Assembly: GCA_943704425.1 (NCBI GenBank)
Contig: CALSCP010001679.1
Location: 1-34,603 of the forward strand
Length of the DNA stretch: 34,603 nt
DNA from: Ministeria vibrans ATCC 50519
Lineage: Eukaryota > Protista > Filasterea
Direction: 5' to 3'
The position numbers and the translations under genes were made by a program. Below, one piece after another: positions 1 to 16,587 of this stretch. Below the pieces are notes generated by a model. It saw only the letters and a program-made list of their open reading frames with translations, was not told the origin of the DNA and searched no databases. Position 1 is the stretch's first letter. Every line of letters begins with the position of its first letter.

Positions 1-3468
<3,468 letters not shown>

Positions 3469-4066
3469 AATCAAAATGTCTCTAAAAAAAAACGAAAAAA
3501 AAAAACAGACTATAAGCAACTGCTCCACACCACCACCACAAAGGGACACTCTGACATGTAAATACAGTCTGAATAACAGCCACAACTCCTTCAAGGGCAC
3601 GACACGCTCTGATTTCGATCGAGTGTGCGGAATTTCGGCGAATGGTGAAAGTCCGGTGAAAGCGGAAATCTTCCGGAAAGCGAAACTCACCTGATACTAG
3701 AACGACGGACTAACTGCTATCACACTGTTGCTACTTGGTACTTCTCAACCAAAAGCTTTCAAGCTATCAAGTAGAATAAAAACGATGATGAGGAAGCGGG
3801 GGAGTAAGAAGGGAGTAATCGAGTTGTGATCGAGTTTCAACTCCATAATAGTTATTCCATCTCTCCTGTGGGTGTCATGCTGAAGAGACTGGAAGGGCAG
3901 GCCGTGTCTTATTGCCAGGTGGTGAACGGGCGGGAGATACGAGAACATCTCTCGTCGATTTTTAACAATATTTTAGCCGGACTTTACTTCCCGACTGTAA
4001 ACAATGAGGAATAGTTATTTTCATCCTTGGTGTTCGTGGTGTGTCTGTGTTAATTCGATTTATTGG

Positions 4067-6536
4067 TTATACAGGAGGGGGTAGCACGGACGATTCGTGA
4101 ATGCGATTCAGAAAGAGATTAATAAGAACAATGAGGAAAAGAGCACAGTCGAAAATAAGAATGGTCACTGTGACAAGGGAGAAGATGAAGGAAAAGGGAC
4201 GATAGTGACCGACAGTGGACGGGAAGCATAGTCGTGCACGGAGTGGACGGGACACGGGAGTAGATGCTAAGACAGAAAAAGAGTGGGTGTATGAGAGATT
4301 GAAATTGACAGACACAGAGTTTGCGAGAGTGAAAAAAAAAAAAGGTGACAGAAACAGGAAAAGAACAAATTGCACTTACGATTGCGGAGAGGAGTGCGCT
4401 CTGAAAGCAGCGCAGACTGCTCGTCCATCATATCGTCCTCATAATACTCATCCGTGTCACTATCGTTGCTGTTGATCCTTATGTTGTTATTGAGTGTGTT
4501 TGTGTTGTTGTTGGAGTGCGTGCTTGTCTTGTCGTCCCAATACTGATCAAAGGCAGACGAGATGACATTGGAATTTGAGCCGGAGTTAAGTCGTTTTTTT
4601 GCTTTGGGCTGTTTCGAGAGCGAAGAGCTCTTCTTTTGTAACGGTCTTCGAGTGGGCGACGCAATGAGGGCGGCAGTGAGAGGAGAGAGACTCTGATTGA
4701 TTGAAGTGGCGTTGTTATTCAGCGTGGTGGAGGAACGAGTGAGCTCGTTCGTGTTCACATTGGCATTTCTTGTTGACTGCGTGTGAAACTGAGTAGAAGA
4801 CGAGCGTAAAACGTGTTCTTCGTCGCACAGAGAACAGCAACATGACACGCTCTCCTTGAGGTGCTCTATTGCTTCACTGCGCGTTTCCCAGTGTGTCGTG
4901 CGCCGTCTGAGGGGAGCAATAGTGAAAGAAAATGAGTAAATAAAAAGTAAGAGTGAGAAGAAGACAGAGAGTGCGTAAAATTGGAGTGGGTGAATGGGAA
5001 CGTAAAGAGCGAGAGTGAGTTTGAGTAAGTGAGTAATAAGAATGAGGTAAGAAAAGCTAGAAAAATTTAAATATAAGCTCGAGTGAGGTGTGTGACTCGG
5101 CTCAGTTTGAGTGTCGTTGATCCTCTCCTTGCTTTTCTTACTGAAGAATGCAGTACTCAACGAGCAACGCCACAAGTTGAAGGACAATCAGAGCGACAGT
5201 GGCAACGGCAGTGCCAATGACGGACTGGAGCCAATTGCGATGGTCTGTCTGTTGCACCTGCGTCGCATACCACACGAGCGAGATGAGAAAGAGAGTGGTA
5301 AGAACCATAGTAAAGGCATGGAAGAGCCGATAGGCCAGCGACCACACAGGCGAGATGGGACCAGCTTCCGTGTGCGACTGTGACAGTGAGTGATCGCGAA
5401 TGCCAAACGACGACGCATAGTAGCTAAAGGTGCGCCGTCGACACGGATGAAACGCATTCGCAATGCCCCGGAAACTCACTATTGACACAATCAGCACAAA
5501 CCACAGCCAGGTGCCCCACAGCATCTCTCCAAGTGCCGTCCCTTGGCTGAAATTCGCCGTCGTGATAGGAAGATCATACGCCAATTCGTACACAAAGCCC
5601 TAAGCGACACGACGTGCAGTTTGTTTGATGTTGTTACCATTGTCACATACGCAATGCAACTTACCATCATTGCTCCGCTGAACATATACTGCCAACCATA
5701 CCCATAGTAGAAAAACGGAAGTCCAGACGGCACTAAGAGGAGAAATTTCTCTCAGAGAAGACACACACAGCTCACAAAGAGGAGAAATTTCCATCAGAGA
5801 AGACCCACACAACTCATAAAGAGAAGAAATTTCCATCAGGGAAGACACACACAACTCACAAAGAGGAGAAATTTCCATCAGAGAAGACCCAACTCATAAA
5901 AAGAAGAGACTTCCATCAGAGAAGACCCACACAACTCACAAAGCGTACTTGTCCACAGCAGACCCCTAAGTCCCATTCCCGAGATGTCACGGAGCCACCG
6001 CTGGCCATAGCTCCAGTCTTGCTCGCTTCGGCCAACGAGCCAGTCAAACACGCCTGAACGATGTGCAAAACGGTGAAAGAGTGAAAGTGCGGTTTTCTCG
6101 TTTACCTGCTCGCGAATTGTACGCATGGGCGTTACGGCCAATGTCAAAGTAGCACCCCCAGCCAACATAGAGGGTGAAAAAGGTCAGGACGGCAACAAGG
6201 AGGCCGAGAAGGGGTTTTCGCGCGAGGTAAGCAACGAGAACACCCGTTGGAATAGCAAAGACAAAGCGGTTGCAAGCATCGTGGCCCAGCACTGAGTCGT
6301 TGAACGACGTGCTGCAGTGCAGTGTCCCCCAGCCGCCTGTCGAAATAAGGCGGGGAGAGGGCGGAAAGTGTCGTGTTGAGCGGGAAGGGATGAGATCGCT
6401 TGATCTTGTGATTGGCGTTACCTCGAATACGGTTCAGCAGTCCTCCCATGCACGAGAGAAGCACGACAAAGGCCACGGAAAGAGTTCCTTCAACGACTTT
6501 GGCCCGACTCCACGGGCTGGGAGTGATCGTCTCCAT
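4067..6536 (-). CDS. Multi-pass membrane protein of unknown function (about 7 exons)
   Basis: Spliced frame METITPSPW...GGLLNRIRG|GWG...YVGWGCYFDIGR...GVFDWLVG...RDISGMGLRGLLWT|MPSGLPFF...LGEMLWGTWLWF. Further hydrophobic segments, an N/S/T-rich loop and a final hydrophobic segment end at TAA 4067. The GT-AG junctions I checked are phase-compatible. Confidence 0.7.
5735..5942. repeat. 42-bp minisatellite, 5 units, filling intron 5733-5948
   Basis: Unit ~AAGAGGAGAAATTTCCATCAGAGAAGACCCACACAACTCACA starts at 5735, 5777, 5819, 5861 (38 bp) and 5899. Confidence 0.95.
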
Positions 6537-6637
6537 TGCAGCGAGTGATGAAAAATGAATGAAATCTCAAAATTGAAAATGTGATCGAATTTGAGACAGT
6601 TTGGTGAAGAACAATTATTTAACCGCGTCGGTCAACA

Positions 6638-8231
6638 ATGAGCAATCGTGCGTCATCGACCCGCTTACCGGTTGTCAAAACGGCGACCGTCCGGAGAGGT
6701 GCGACAAAGATTGTCAATTTGATCGGTTTGTTTACTGAACTTTCTTTGATGTATCTACCTAGAAGGACCAGTGGCCGAGCCGCGCGAGTCCCTGAAGAAG
6801 CTGATACAGGGCAACACACAGCTTGTCGAGCAAAGAAGGCGGCGCGCGTCGATTATCGAATCAGAGGTAACCAATAATGAATGTTTATTTGGCAAAACAT
6901 TGCAAAATCACGCACTTTGCGGCTCTGTCAGCGGGAGATGTGGCCTTTGCTGGAAAGTGATGTGCGTACTTGGACGTGTGTGCTTGTATGTGTGTGTGCA
7001 CGTGGACTCATTTTGCTCTGAATGTGAATTAGGCGCTTGCTGACGTTGTCGAGCAGCGTCGAAGTGGTTCGGAACGTCCTACACTCGAAATACTGGAGGC
7101 TATGGTGCAGCTGGGCCGTCACCAGGTTGGAATGGGCGACAACGAGAGTCTGTGCAAGGCGCTTGAGGTCCTCAGCTCGGCACACGCGCTTGCCGGCGAA
7201 CTGATTGCCGAGGAAGGCTCCACCTCATTCGAACATCACCGTGAGCTTAGCCACGAAGCGGACTATCTGCTTGCCCGTGCCCACCAGGGTCTGGGCGACC
7301 TTGACCTTGCAGTGCGTATTCTCACCACTCTCGTGGCCTCACAGGAGGCGCTGCGCAAGGACACCGGCGCAATGAGTGCCATTGTTACCAATGCCGTCTA
7401 CTGCGACGCACTCGGCGACTCACTAGTGCTCGCAGGGAGACAACAGGTACCCGTTTGTGAGTGTATGTGATGGTGGTGTACCAGTTGTTTGTGCGAGTAA
7501 CATATTTTTTATTGTATGTGTGCGGCTTAGGAGGGAATAGTGTTTTTTACGCGGGCAATACGTCTACTGGAAGACCTATCTGAAGCATCCGCTCGTGCTC
7601 AAGTAAGACCTTTCTTAATCTCTGGGTGTGTGACTGTGTATATCTATTTCACCGATTGTTTTTCACACACACACATACACACACTCTTTCTATCTTTCTC
7701 TCTATCTGTCTCTCTCTCACTCTCTATCTTTCTCTTTCTCAGCTTGCAAGAACGTGTGTAAATCTGGCGCGAATGCTGACACACAGCCACAGCGAGAGCC
7801 CATACGCCCCTCAGTCGCTCTACAAACGTGCTCTTGTCATCCAGCGCTCTCTTGGTCTTTTTGCCGATGCCGCTGAAACCTGCCAGTCGCTCGCGTCAAT
7901 TGAACTCTCAGCTGGTACGACCTTATTACGTTAACCCCTAATCCTATACACTTCTTCTTTTGCTCCGATAGGACACGTCAGCGACGCATTACCATACTAC
8001 GATAATTCCCTGAGCATCATTGAAGAACAGCATCGCGACGACCCCTCACACCCCGACGTCTGCTTCACACTCTGCTTTGTCGCTCAAGTCCATCAGGAGA
8101 ACAAAAGCAATGCGCGCGCTCATTCTCTCTTCTCACGCGCCGTCACACTTCTAACGCAACGCTTTGGCGAAGATCATCCCGCTACCAAACAGGCTCAAGA
8201 GTCCCTTCGCTCCTCCAACTTTTACCAATGA
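6638..8231 (+). CDS. TPR-repeat protein (kinesin-light-chain-type TPRs)
   Basis: Spliced MSNRASSTRL...E|ALADVVEQRR...YLLARAHQGLGDLDLAVRIL...LYKRALVIQRSLG...HPDVCFTL...FGEDHPATKQAQESL, stop TGA 8229-8231. Confidence 0.75.
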
Positions 8232-8334
8232 GATTTTATTCTGTACATAGACACAAACCAAATCATTTTTGAATTTTGATCAGTTATTCACTTTCACAGT
8301 TTCACTTCACTTTTTTGTTGTTGTGATCGTCCCA

Positions 8335-8985
8335 ATGTCTGATCCTGTTACTGAACAAGACCCTGCTGTTGCGACGACCGCTGCTGACGACGACGAGGGC
8401 GACGAGGTTGACGTTGTGCTGTACATGTCAAGGTAAGTGTTAATCACTATGATCGTTCGTGTCCGCTTAATCTCATTCATTTTGGGGTTGTCGCTTCTTG
8501 TAGCGTCTCTGGCATGCAAGTGGTATGGGATTGAGGGCGTGCTGGCGTCTGATGATGGGCTGAAATTGGGTTTCATTCTTTGGTTGTTTTGCTTTTTTTG
8601 ACAGGTGAAAAAGCAAACGCAAAGCATGAAGTTTATGCTTGAAGGCCACCGTATCCCCTACCGTGAGGTGGACGTTTCCCTCAAGGAGAACGAAGAACTG
8701 AAGAAGTACGAATTTGAGATCGGAACGAACAGAACGGCTAATAGTTCATATAATGCATCTCATGTGTCGTTTCACTTCTAAGCGCCATGCACGAGAAGAG
8801 CGGAACACGAGTGATCCCTCAGCTGTTTGTAAACGGCGAATTCAAAGGGGTAAACATAGTTATTATTCACAGCAAAAAAATGGTTCTTAATCTTCTTATG
8901 TGTTTACGAATAGCACTTTAAAGAAATGCACGAGGCCAACGAAGACGGGAAGATTATGGAGTTCCTGGGTGTAGAATCGGAATAG
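8335..8985 (+). CDS. SH3BGR-like (thioredoxin/glutaredoxin-fold) protein, 5 exons
   Basis: Spliced ...VVLYMSSVSGMQVVKKQTQSMKFMLEGHRIPYREVDVS...IPQLFVNGEFKGHFKEMHEANEDGKIMEFLG, which matches the SH3BGRL pattern and has no CxxC. Confidence 0.85.
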
Positions 8986-9018
8986 AGTAACAACAACAAA
9001 GTCAATGGAAAAAAGGTT

Positions 9019-10483
9019 TTATTCACAGATTGAACACCAGTTGATCTCTTTCTTTCCTTCGGCCTATCAACAAGAGACACAACAATAATAATATAATTTT
9101 AGTGAGAGAATCGTAGAATGATGGTCATAAAACCATACCTTGAGAATATCATTGGCCTTTTTGAAGCAGGCGTTGCCAAACCAGCCACTGTGGGCAGAGA
9201 GGGGGCTCGGATGGACACACTCGAGCACATGGTGCTTGGTCTGCAGGGGACGCACAGGGTGAGATAGAGCACACGCGCACACAGAAAGAAATAACGAGAG
9301 AGTGTGTGAGAAATGATAGCACAAATACACACACACACATAGAGAGAAACTCTTTTATAGATTGTGCGTATTTGACGGTGAACATACGTTTGTTCTCTCT
9401 CTGCTTCTTACTGTGTCAATGAGCTTCTTCTTCTTCTTCGCTGGAGTTCCCCACCTGAACAAAAAAGAGAAACACTCTCAGATCGATCGTTCTCTTTTCG
9501 CTCTCTCTCTCTCTANNNNNNNNGCTCTCTCTCTCTCTACATATCACTTTGACTCTTTCTCCCTCCTCTCTCTCTCTCTGTCTCTCTTTCTCGTTACAGC
9601 AGAAAAACGACTCCTTTGAGTTTCTTGCTCAACAGTGCAATGGTTGCATCTGTAAAGGTCTCCCAGCCGTGTCCCTTGTGGCTGTTGCTCTTCCCGTGTT
9701 CCACCGTCAGCACTGCGTTGAGAAGAAGAACACCTTCGCGCGCCCACCCTACACACCAACACCCCTAGATTACTCTCCCTGCCCACCCCTCCTTCTCCTC
9801 TTCCACTCTATTACCGTCCAGATACCCATGAGAGGGAATCTTAAAGCCGGGAATGCAAGTGGCAAGCTCCTTGTACATGTTGGCAAGCGACGGGGGCGTT
9901 TTGACGCCGCGCTGGACGCTGAACGCCATTCCGTGCGCCTGATTTTCCTTGATGTAGGGATCCTGCCCCAAAATCACCACTCGCACGTCGCTGAACGCAC
10001 AGCTGCGAGTCCATGAGTACACATCGGCGTCTAACAAGCGAAAAGTAGGTCAAAAGGTAAACAAAGAAAAAGCGAGCACTGGAGTCAATCCCTCTCCGCA
10101 ACCGCTTGTATCTGCGCGTACCTGTCGGGTAAATGGTCTTGGAAGCCTTTTCCTTATCCCAAAATGCCTTGAGCTGCGAAAACAGAGAATGAGTTTTTTC
10201 CATCTCCAATTTCGTCCCATTTCACACAGTTTACCTCCTTAAAGTACGGCTTCTCCATCTCGGGGAGAAGCACATCTCTCCACGACGCACCCATAGTCTC
10301 AAATTCAAGCTTGAGCTTCCCTTTAGCGAGTGCCTTCTGTCGATTCGTTTCGATTTTGGCGCGCTCCTCATCTGACAGTCCGTCGTCCGCCTTTTGCTTC
10401 TTCGACGGGCCGTCGGACGCGTCGTCGTTGTCGTCCGCGGGTGCCCGTCGTTTGAAGAACTTGTCAATCGATTTCGATGCCAT
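9019..10483 (-). CDS. UNG: Uracil-DNA glycosylase (family 1)
   Basis: Motifs [46 protein letters not shown] and HPSPLSA. The N-terminus has a PIP-box-like SKSIDKFF and an RPA-binding-like helix [16 protein letters not shown]. Confidence 0.97.
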
Positions 10484-11001
10484 ATTGTCTGGGAACTGAG
10501 AGAGGGAATGAAAAAAAGTGACAAAAAGTAAAAGTCAAAAAGTTAAAACGCGTTTGAAACGCACGAAAACCGTTTGCTAAGCTCGCATTGGGGCATTTTC
10601 AGGCAAGGCGTGTATAAAATATGCCAAGGGATCTAATGGTGATGTGATTGCGCAGAAAAATGAGCCGTTTGCAAACACATTTAACCGTTCCACAAACAAT
10701 CAACCTGAAACACGTTTGAGTCGTGTTTGAGTCTTGATCAAGTTTTGACGAAGTCGCAATTACTTTCCAGAAACAATTGCTTATAATTATGCAACCAAGC
10801 TGAAGCACTAGTACTACACCTCCAGATGACACTTATTTATACGTATGGCATGTCGGCAATCGTCCACAATAGAACGTTAGACGGAGAAATATATTTTAAC
10901 CCCTCAAAAACGAATAATACAAAAGTCACATACTCACTCACGTCTCACTACTTAGTCACTATAATATGCTTTTATCTTTACAAGTGGTGTCTTACGTCGG
11001 C

Positions 11002-11836
11002 CTACAGCTCAATGCCATAGCGCGCAAAGTTGCGCAGCACAATCCCAAGGCTCAGATGCACTACACCCGTTGCCTGGGTGCGCAGCCGATAGCGATCGGC
11101 GCTGCTGTGGACCACGTCGGCCGTGCGCAGTTGTGGTCCGCCCCCGAGAAAGAAAGCTGAATGAGGGGAAAAAGAGGCAAAATATTCACAAAATTAAACA
11201 ACGATAGATATCGATCAAAATATTCATGCGACGTTTGACATTAATTCTTGTACCTGAAATTTGCTCAGTGAGCGATCCAACTGGTTTCCATGTTGGACAA
11301 TCAAATTCGTAGGTACCGGGCGCCGTTGGAACGTGACAAAATCCGTAGCCGTCTAATCATAATTCGAAGTCAATGTTAATACACAGAGAGAAGAAACGTG
11401 TTGCCAAAACATTATGAACTTGGGGCTTACACAGTTCATGTCTGCCAAACATGTCTTGGTGCCACACTTGAAAGTGGAGCTTGGGCCAGCCTTGAATGCC
11501 TTTGGTTGCGTAGTGTATGTCGATGGGATGCGACCATCGTGCTGTGAGTTCGTCCTGAAAATGACCGTTATGTGTCAAACAACGGATTCATTTTTTTTGG
11601 CTTGACAGAGATTGACTGGTGCAACACCAAAGAAACGAATTCGAAGGACCCGTGACCACTAGGCGCGACTTCAGCAAGTCCAGTACCTGTGGGTCGTCCA
11701 CTTGGGTCTGTCCAGAGTCGTGTCCTTCAAGTATTTTCCAAACGTTGCCACTGACAAAGGCCCATTTGCACAGTAGCCGAGACGAAGCGAATCCCGAGGC
11801 GCCGCTGATCTCACCAACTACGTGCACTTCGGCCAT
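11002..11836 (-). CDS. B9D2: B9 domain protein 2 (ciliary transition zone, MKS module)
   Basis: [16 protein letters not shown]...[49 protein letters not shown] and FLGGGPQL...[11 protein letters not shown]; 4 exons. Confidence 0.96.
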
Positions 11837-11998
11837 GTAGTCATATACTAACTGTAACTAAAAAAAAAAGACTAAAGGCAGATCACAGAAGAAAGAAAGA
11901 AAAAAAAACACACGAGAGTCAATCACTTCTCACACTCACTTCTCATTTCTTTTATTTTCTCAAAACAAAACACAAATTCAAATCAAATTGTTCTCTAG

Positions 11999-12827
11999 AT
12001 GGCGGTGAGCGCACCATTGGTCATATTCCTATCAATGGTGGCGGTTGGGGCGATCACTGGCACCACAGTGGGCGTGATTCTTGCCACAAGATCAACCGGT
12101 TCCACTGCGGTTCCCTCGTCCATTGAGGGGGAGTCGCTCGATTTTCGTTCGTACATTGGCTCCTACTCGTACATAGCAGAGGATTCGGACGGCTACATCC
12201 TGCCGACAGCCGCCGAATTGGCGTCGTTTGAGTCCGTTGCATTGAGTATGATTGCCGATGATTTCACCGTCGCCTATGCTGCCGCCTCCTCCATCTCGTA
12301 CACTGTCCGCAACATCAGTGACTCGGGAAACAATGGCACTCTCCTATACTGCCTTGAGCCGGTGTCTGGTGCTGACTTTGGTCGTGGCATTTTCTGTGTT
12401 TGTCCGTCGGCGTCTAAGCGACACCATGTCTCCGCGCCACATCCCATCAAGGACTTTAACACTGACCAGGTGGCCGTCGACGTCTTCCGCGGTGTCTCCC
12501 TTCGCTACTATTCCGTCTCGACAGCCAATCGCTGTGCCAACCTCGCTGCGTCACCGTGCTCGGGCACCACAAGCGTGTGCGGCGCCACCTCGCAGGCATA
12601 CCGCACCTCCGACGCTGCCCATCATGTTGACTCCTTCTTTGACCGCTTCTCCCGGCTCGTCAGTGACTCTACTGCCGCTCCGAATACCCTCCAAATTCAC
12701 GGCTGTGGCTCCACCACCTGCCCCTCTGGCACTGCATCCGATGTGGTCATCCGTGCCAGCTGCGGCGACTCGAATGTTCTCAATGCCTCTGCCCTTTCAA
12801 ATCAGCTCTACACCGCCGCAACGCGTA

Positions 12828-12862
<35 letters not shown>

Positions 12863-13229
12863 TACATACTTGTATATAACCACTAATAATCAATATTGGT
12901 GTCTCGCACAGCTCTAGTTGCAGTCAAATCAGGCGCAACCGTCCGCACTTGCAATCTCGCAGGACAGCCCGACTATCTATTATGGTAACCATTCACTCAC
13001 TCATCATCATACTCACACAAAACTCCCCACCAACAGCGCCTCAACCAACACACAAGGGCGCTACATCAACGGCCAGACGACCTCTCCCTGTCTCTCGTCC
13101 GTCTCTCCTCTCTCCCTCTCGTCATTTCTTCACATTGAGTGTAATTTGGACTTGCGTGTCGATTCCGGTCTCTCTGATCTTATTACCCCCAACACACTCG
13201 TTTCTGCGTTGAATGCGTTTCTCTTGTAA
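11999..13229 (+). CDS. Signal-anchored, Cys-rich putative Zn-dependent hydrolase of bacterial-like family (3 exons)
   Basis: N-terminal hydrophobic anchor, then motifs SAPHPIKDFNT, ANRC, SDAAH, LQIHG, LLC|ASTNTQGRYING and FLHIE. Two phase-compatible introns lie near 12825-12911 and 12985-13036. Confidence 0.65.
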
Positions 13230-13308
13230 AATAAAAATGAAAACTGTAATTAAAATTAAAGTGTTATGGTAGCACAAAACGTTATAATGGAAAACAGAAA
13301 TATTTTTA

Positions 13309-15920
13309 TTATTTTGTCGTCTTTTTCACTTGCTTTTTCTTTGTCTTCTCAATCACTTTCCGCTTTTCCTTCATTTCCTCCGCCTAAACAAAAGCAAAAA
13401 AAACACACGCAAAATGAGTAAAACATAATTATAGTTTTTTTTTCTTACCTTTTCCTTTCGGTGTTCGTCGCGACGAGTGATTCTCTTGTACAAGAAGAGT
13501 TTGCGCTTGTTCAGCATCATTTTGGCCATTTCCTTCTGATCCTCGTTAAGATCATCCGCACCGCTCTCAGTTGCTGCTGCTGCAACACTCTTCTTCCCCT
13601 TCTTCGTCTTCTTTGAGGGTCGTTCAATGATGGTTTCACCGCGCATTTCTGCTTCCAGTTCCTTTCGATGCACTGTCTCTTCATCGTCCTCCTCTTCCGT
13701 TCGCTTTCGCTTCTTCTTACTGCTCGTCTGCTTCTGCTTCACCTCCTCTTCCTCCTCACTCTCTTCTTCCTCTTCGCTCTCTTCTTCCTCCTCGCTCTCT
13801 TCTTCGTCCTCCTCCTCCATCGTCTCCTCTCTCAGTCCTCCTCCAATCTGGTCCGGAGGCACATAGTCTGCGCTTGCCTCATCCACAAACGGTGACAAGT
13901 GCGGCGGCAGCGGGGTCACTCCCATCGCATAAGGTGCAGTCGCCACGAGTCGCTAGAGGAACGACAACCAAAAGCGCATTAGATCTCAATCACACGTGAG
14001 ATAGTGCATCTCAGTCACACTGACATAACAGAACAGAACATAATATAATTATCACGTTTCACACACACACATACACACACCCATACACAATATCTCTTTC
14101 TCACCTGTGCGTTGATGCAATCGTAGACCCACTGAGGCTGGACATAGACACGACCATCGTACTTTGTCGAGACAAAGGGACGGTCGACAATCTCGTGGGT
14201 GACGGAACTGTCGTCCTCGGTAAAGGGACCCGCACCAGCGACAGTCGCGCACCACGAGACAGTACCACCCATTGCGCGCACCACAAAGACCAGTGACTGT
14301 CGTGGCACCTCTCGCGACACAAACATCCGACACCCATGGAACAACTTGGCCAGTGCCAGCTGTCGCGCCGTCTCCTCCGTCGCCGTTTCCATCAGTTGCA
14401 GTGTGCTGCTCTCCCCACTGTGCTCCGTCTCCTTCGCGGCAAACTCTGCCGTGTCCAGTTCGCCACTCTTGCTCTTCCCTCCAACACTATCAATCTCCAT
14501 CGCACTTGCTCCCTCCTCTGTCTCCTCCTCCTCCTCAATGTGTGTCATCGCCTCACTCAGCGACGCAAGTCGTTGTTCACTCTCCTACACACATATATAC
14601 ATACATACAGTATCAGTCGCACACTCTTACACACACGCAATATAGCATACCTTCTTCTGCTTGCGAATCTCCTTTGACTCGGCGGGCGTGAGTGCAGGCT
14701 GGGTCTGGCCGGCTGTCGTCGTGCCGTCGGTGCTCTTGAACACCAGCGCATCCATTCCGGCGGCGGCGTTGTCGCGGACCGTGTCAAGGATGGGCGGGTA
14801 GCGCAGGTTGAGCGAGTGAAACAGTCGAAAGTGGACAAAGCCCAGCAGACAGACGTACAGCTCGAGGAAGGTCTGCATCACACGGAAGTCCACGTCCTCT
14901 GGAATGGTCTGTGTAAACTCGTAGGGCGCCAGCCACGTGATGGTGTGTCCCAACACTTCTGCCTGATAGTAGATGCCCTTAACCGACAGGAACACTTTGC
15001 GCAGACTCCCCGAGCGCATCACGTAGTACTCCCACTCGTTGACCATGCGCTGGCATCGCTCGCTCGTCTCCGCTGCAACACCAAACTGCTTCGGCATGCG
15101 GGCAAACAAGTGCACCATACACAGGGCGTCGTCCACGTCCCGAACGGCGTCCGCAAATGTCGGGTATCTATACAAAAAAAACGTAGGAAAAAAAGAAAAA
15201 AAAACGAGTGTGCGTAAGTTGTTTTGTGTTGTGTGAGTGAGAGGAGAGAGAGACTGAAAGACGATTTTTTTTTCCTTCTGGTTTTGTTCCATCCTCTTTT
15301 CGTTGCGTACCGCTCCTTGATGATGTGATCGAGGCGGTAGACGGGTCGGTTGGAGTCGAGACGCACAGCGGTGGACTCCTGGCGCTTACCAATGGCCTTC
15401 TTGAGCCGACGCACAAACACTTTGAATTCACGAAACTTCTCCATGAGTGGCTCGTGAGCCAAGAATTTGATGTCCTAGAAAGGCAAATGGGAGTGAGCGG
15501 GGCGCAGGGAAGGAGGAAAGCGGCGGGTTTACCTTCACATAGTAGAATGTTCTGTACGACGAGTTGCCCTTGTTGACCTTCTTCTTGTTCTTGGGCTCGC
15601 GGGGGAAGATTCCCTTGAGAATGCACAGGCGACTACGCGACAAGACAAGGCAATTGCGCACGTGGATGTGGCGTGAGAAAGGGTGGAAATGAAAAATGCA
15701 ATTTGGCTCGCGTGTACCGGAAGTCTGCAAGCGACACCTGCAGTTTGCGGACTGCTTGCGCGCGGGACACATAGGCCACGGCGGCTCCAGACTTTCCCTA
15801 TCAATAGATGGCGGTTAGGAGGGCCCAGAGTGGGTTACACGTGGGAAGTAGTAAGTTCGGCGAAAGCCAGTCAAACCCCACTCCAGATGAATCTCTTACC
15901 TTCTTCTTACGGGTACCCAT
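13309..15920 (-). CDS. PES1: Pescadillo/Nop7 ribosome biogenesis factor (BRCT domain)
   Basis: [82 protein letters not shown]...[20 protein letters not shown] and an acidic tail. Confidence 0.97.
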
Positions 15921-16098
15921 ACTGTATGACTGAGTATAGAAAGATGTTACAAAAAGATTAAATGTAGAATGACGAGAATCAAACGATCAGATGTGAGATG
16001 GAATTATGATCGAGAAGATTAAAATCTCAAGAGACAACTCAAAAAAGTCTAAAATTTAAAAATTAATTAATTACATCTCTTCGTGGCTTCGAACACCA

Positions 16099-16551
16099 AT
16101 GTTGTCGGGTGGTAGCGTATTTGTGATTGTGTAAGACGACAGAAAAAAAAAACAAAAACAAAAAAAAAACGATTGCGAATGCGATTTTTACACTTTTCTT
16201 TTTTTGCGCTCGCACAGCCTTGTCGTGACGGTAGCCGTCTACTTTGTTGGTGGAATGGTGTACAAAAAGTACATGAAAGGGGCTCAAGGGTGGGAGGCGT
16301 GTCCCAACGTCGAGCTGTGGCGGTCGCTGCCCAGTTTGTTTGTCGCGGGATGTCGCGTCTGCGCAGCCGCTGGTGACTCCAACGACGGCTCTACGATCAG
16401 ATATCGCGGCTTAGATGATCCTGCTATTGATAATGTACGTGTTGACGCAAGAGGGGGGGGAGGGGGGGAAGCGTGTGTTGGCGACTGAGACTGAGACAGA
16501 CTGAGACTGTGTGTGTGTGTGTGTGTGTGTGTCTGTGTGTGTCTGACTGAG

Positions 16552-16587
<36 letters not shown>

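Noticed and set aside
3700-4060. Unassigned 360-bp spacer with short ORFs and a weak GATG.AATAACTATT repeat
   Set aside because: No supportable protein, RNA gene or transposon signature; probably promoter or 5'UTR of the ROCO gene.
5735-5942. Possible CRISPR-like array
   Set aside because: The units are contiguous with no unique spacers, lie in a eukaryotic intron, and have no cas genes nearby.
9500-9540. Short duplication around the N gap at 9516-9523
   Set aside because: Same gap-overlap artefact, here within a CT microsatellite in a UNG intron.
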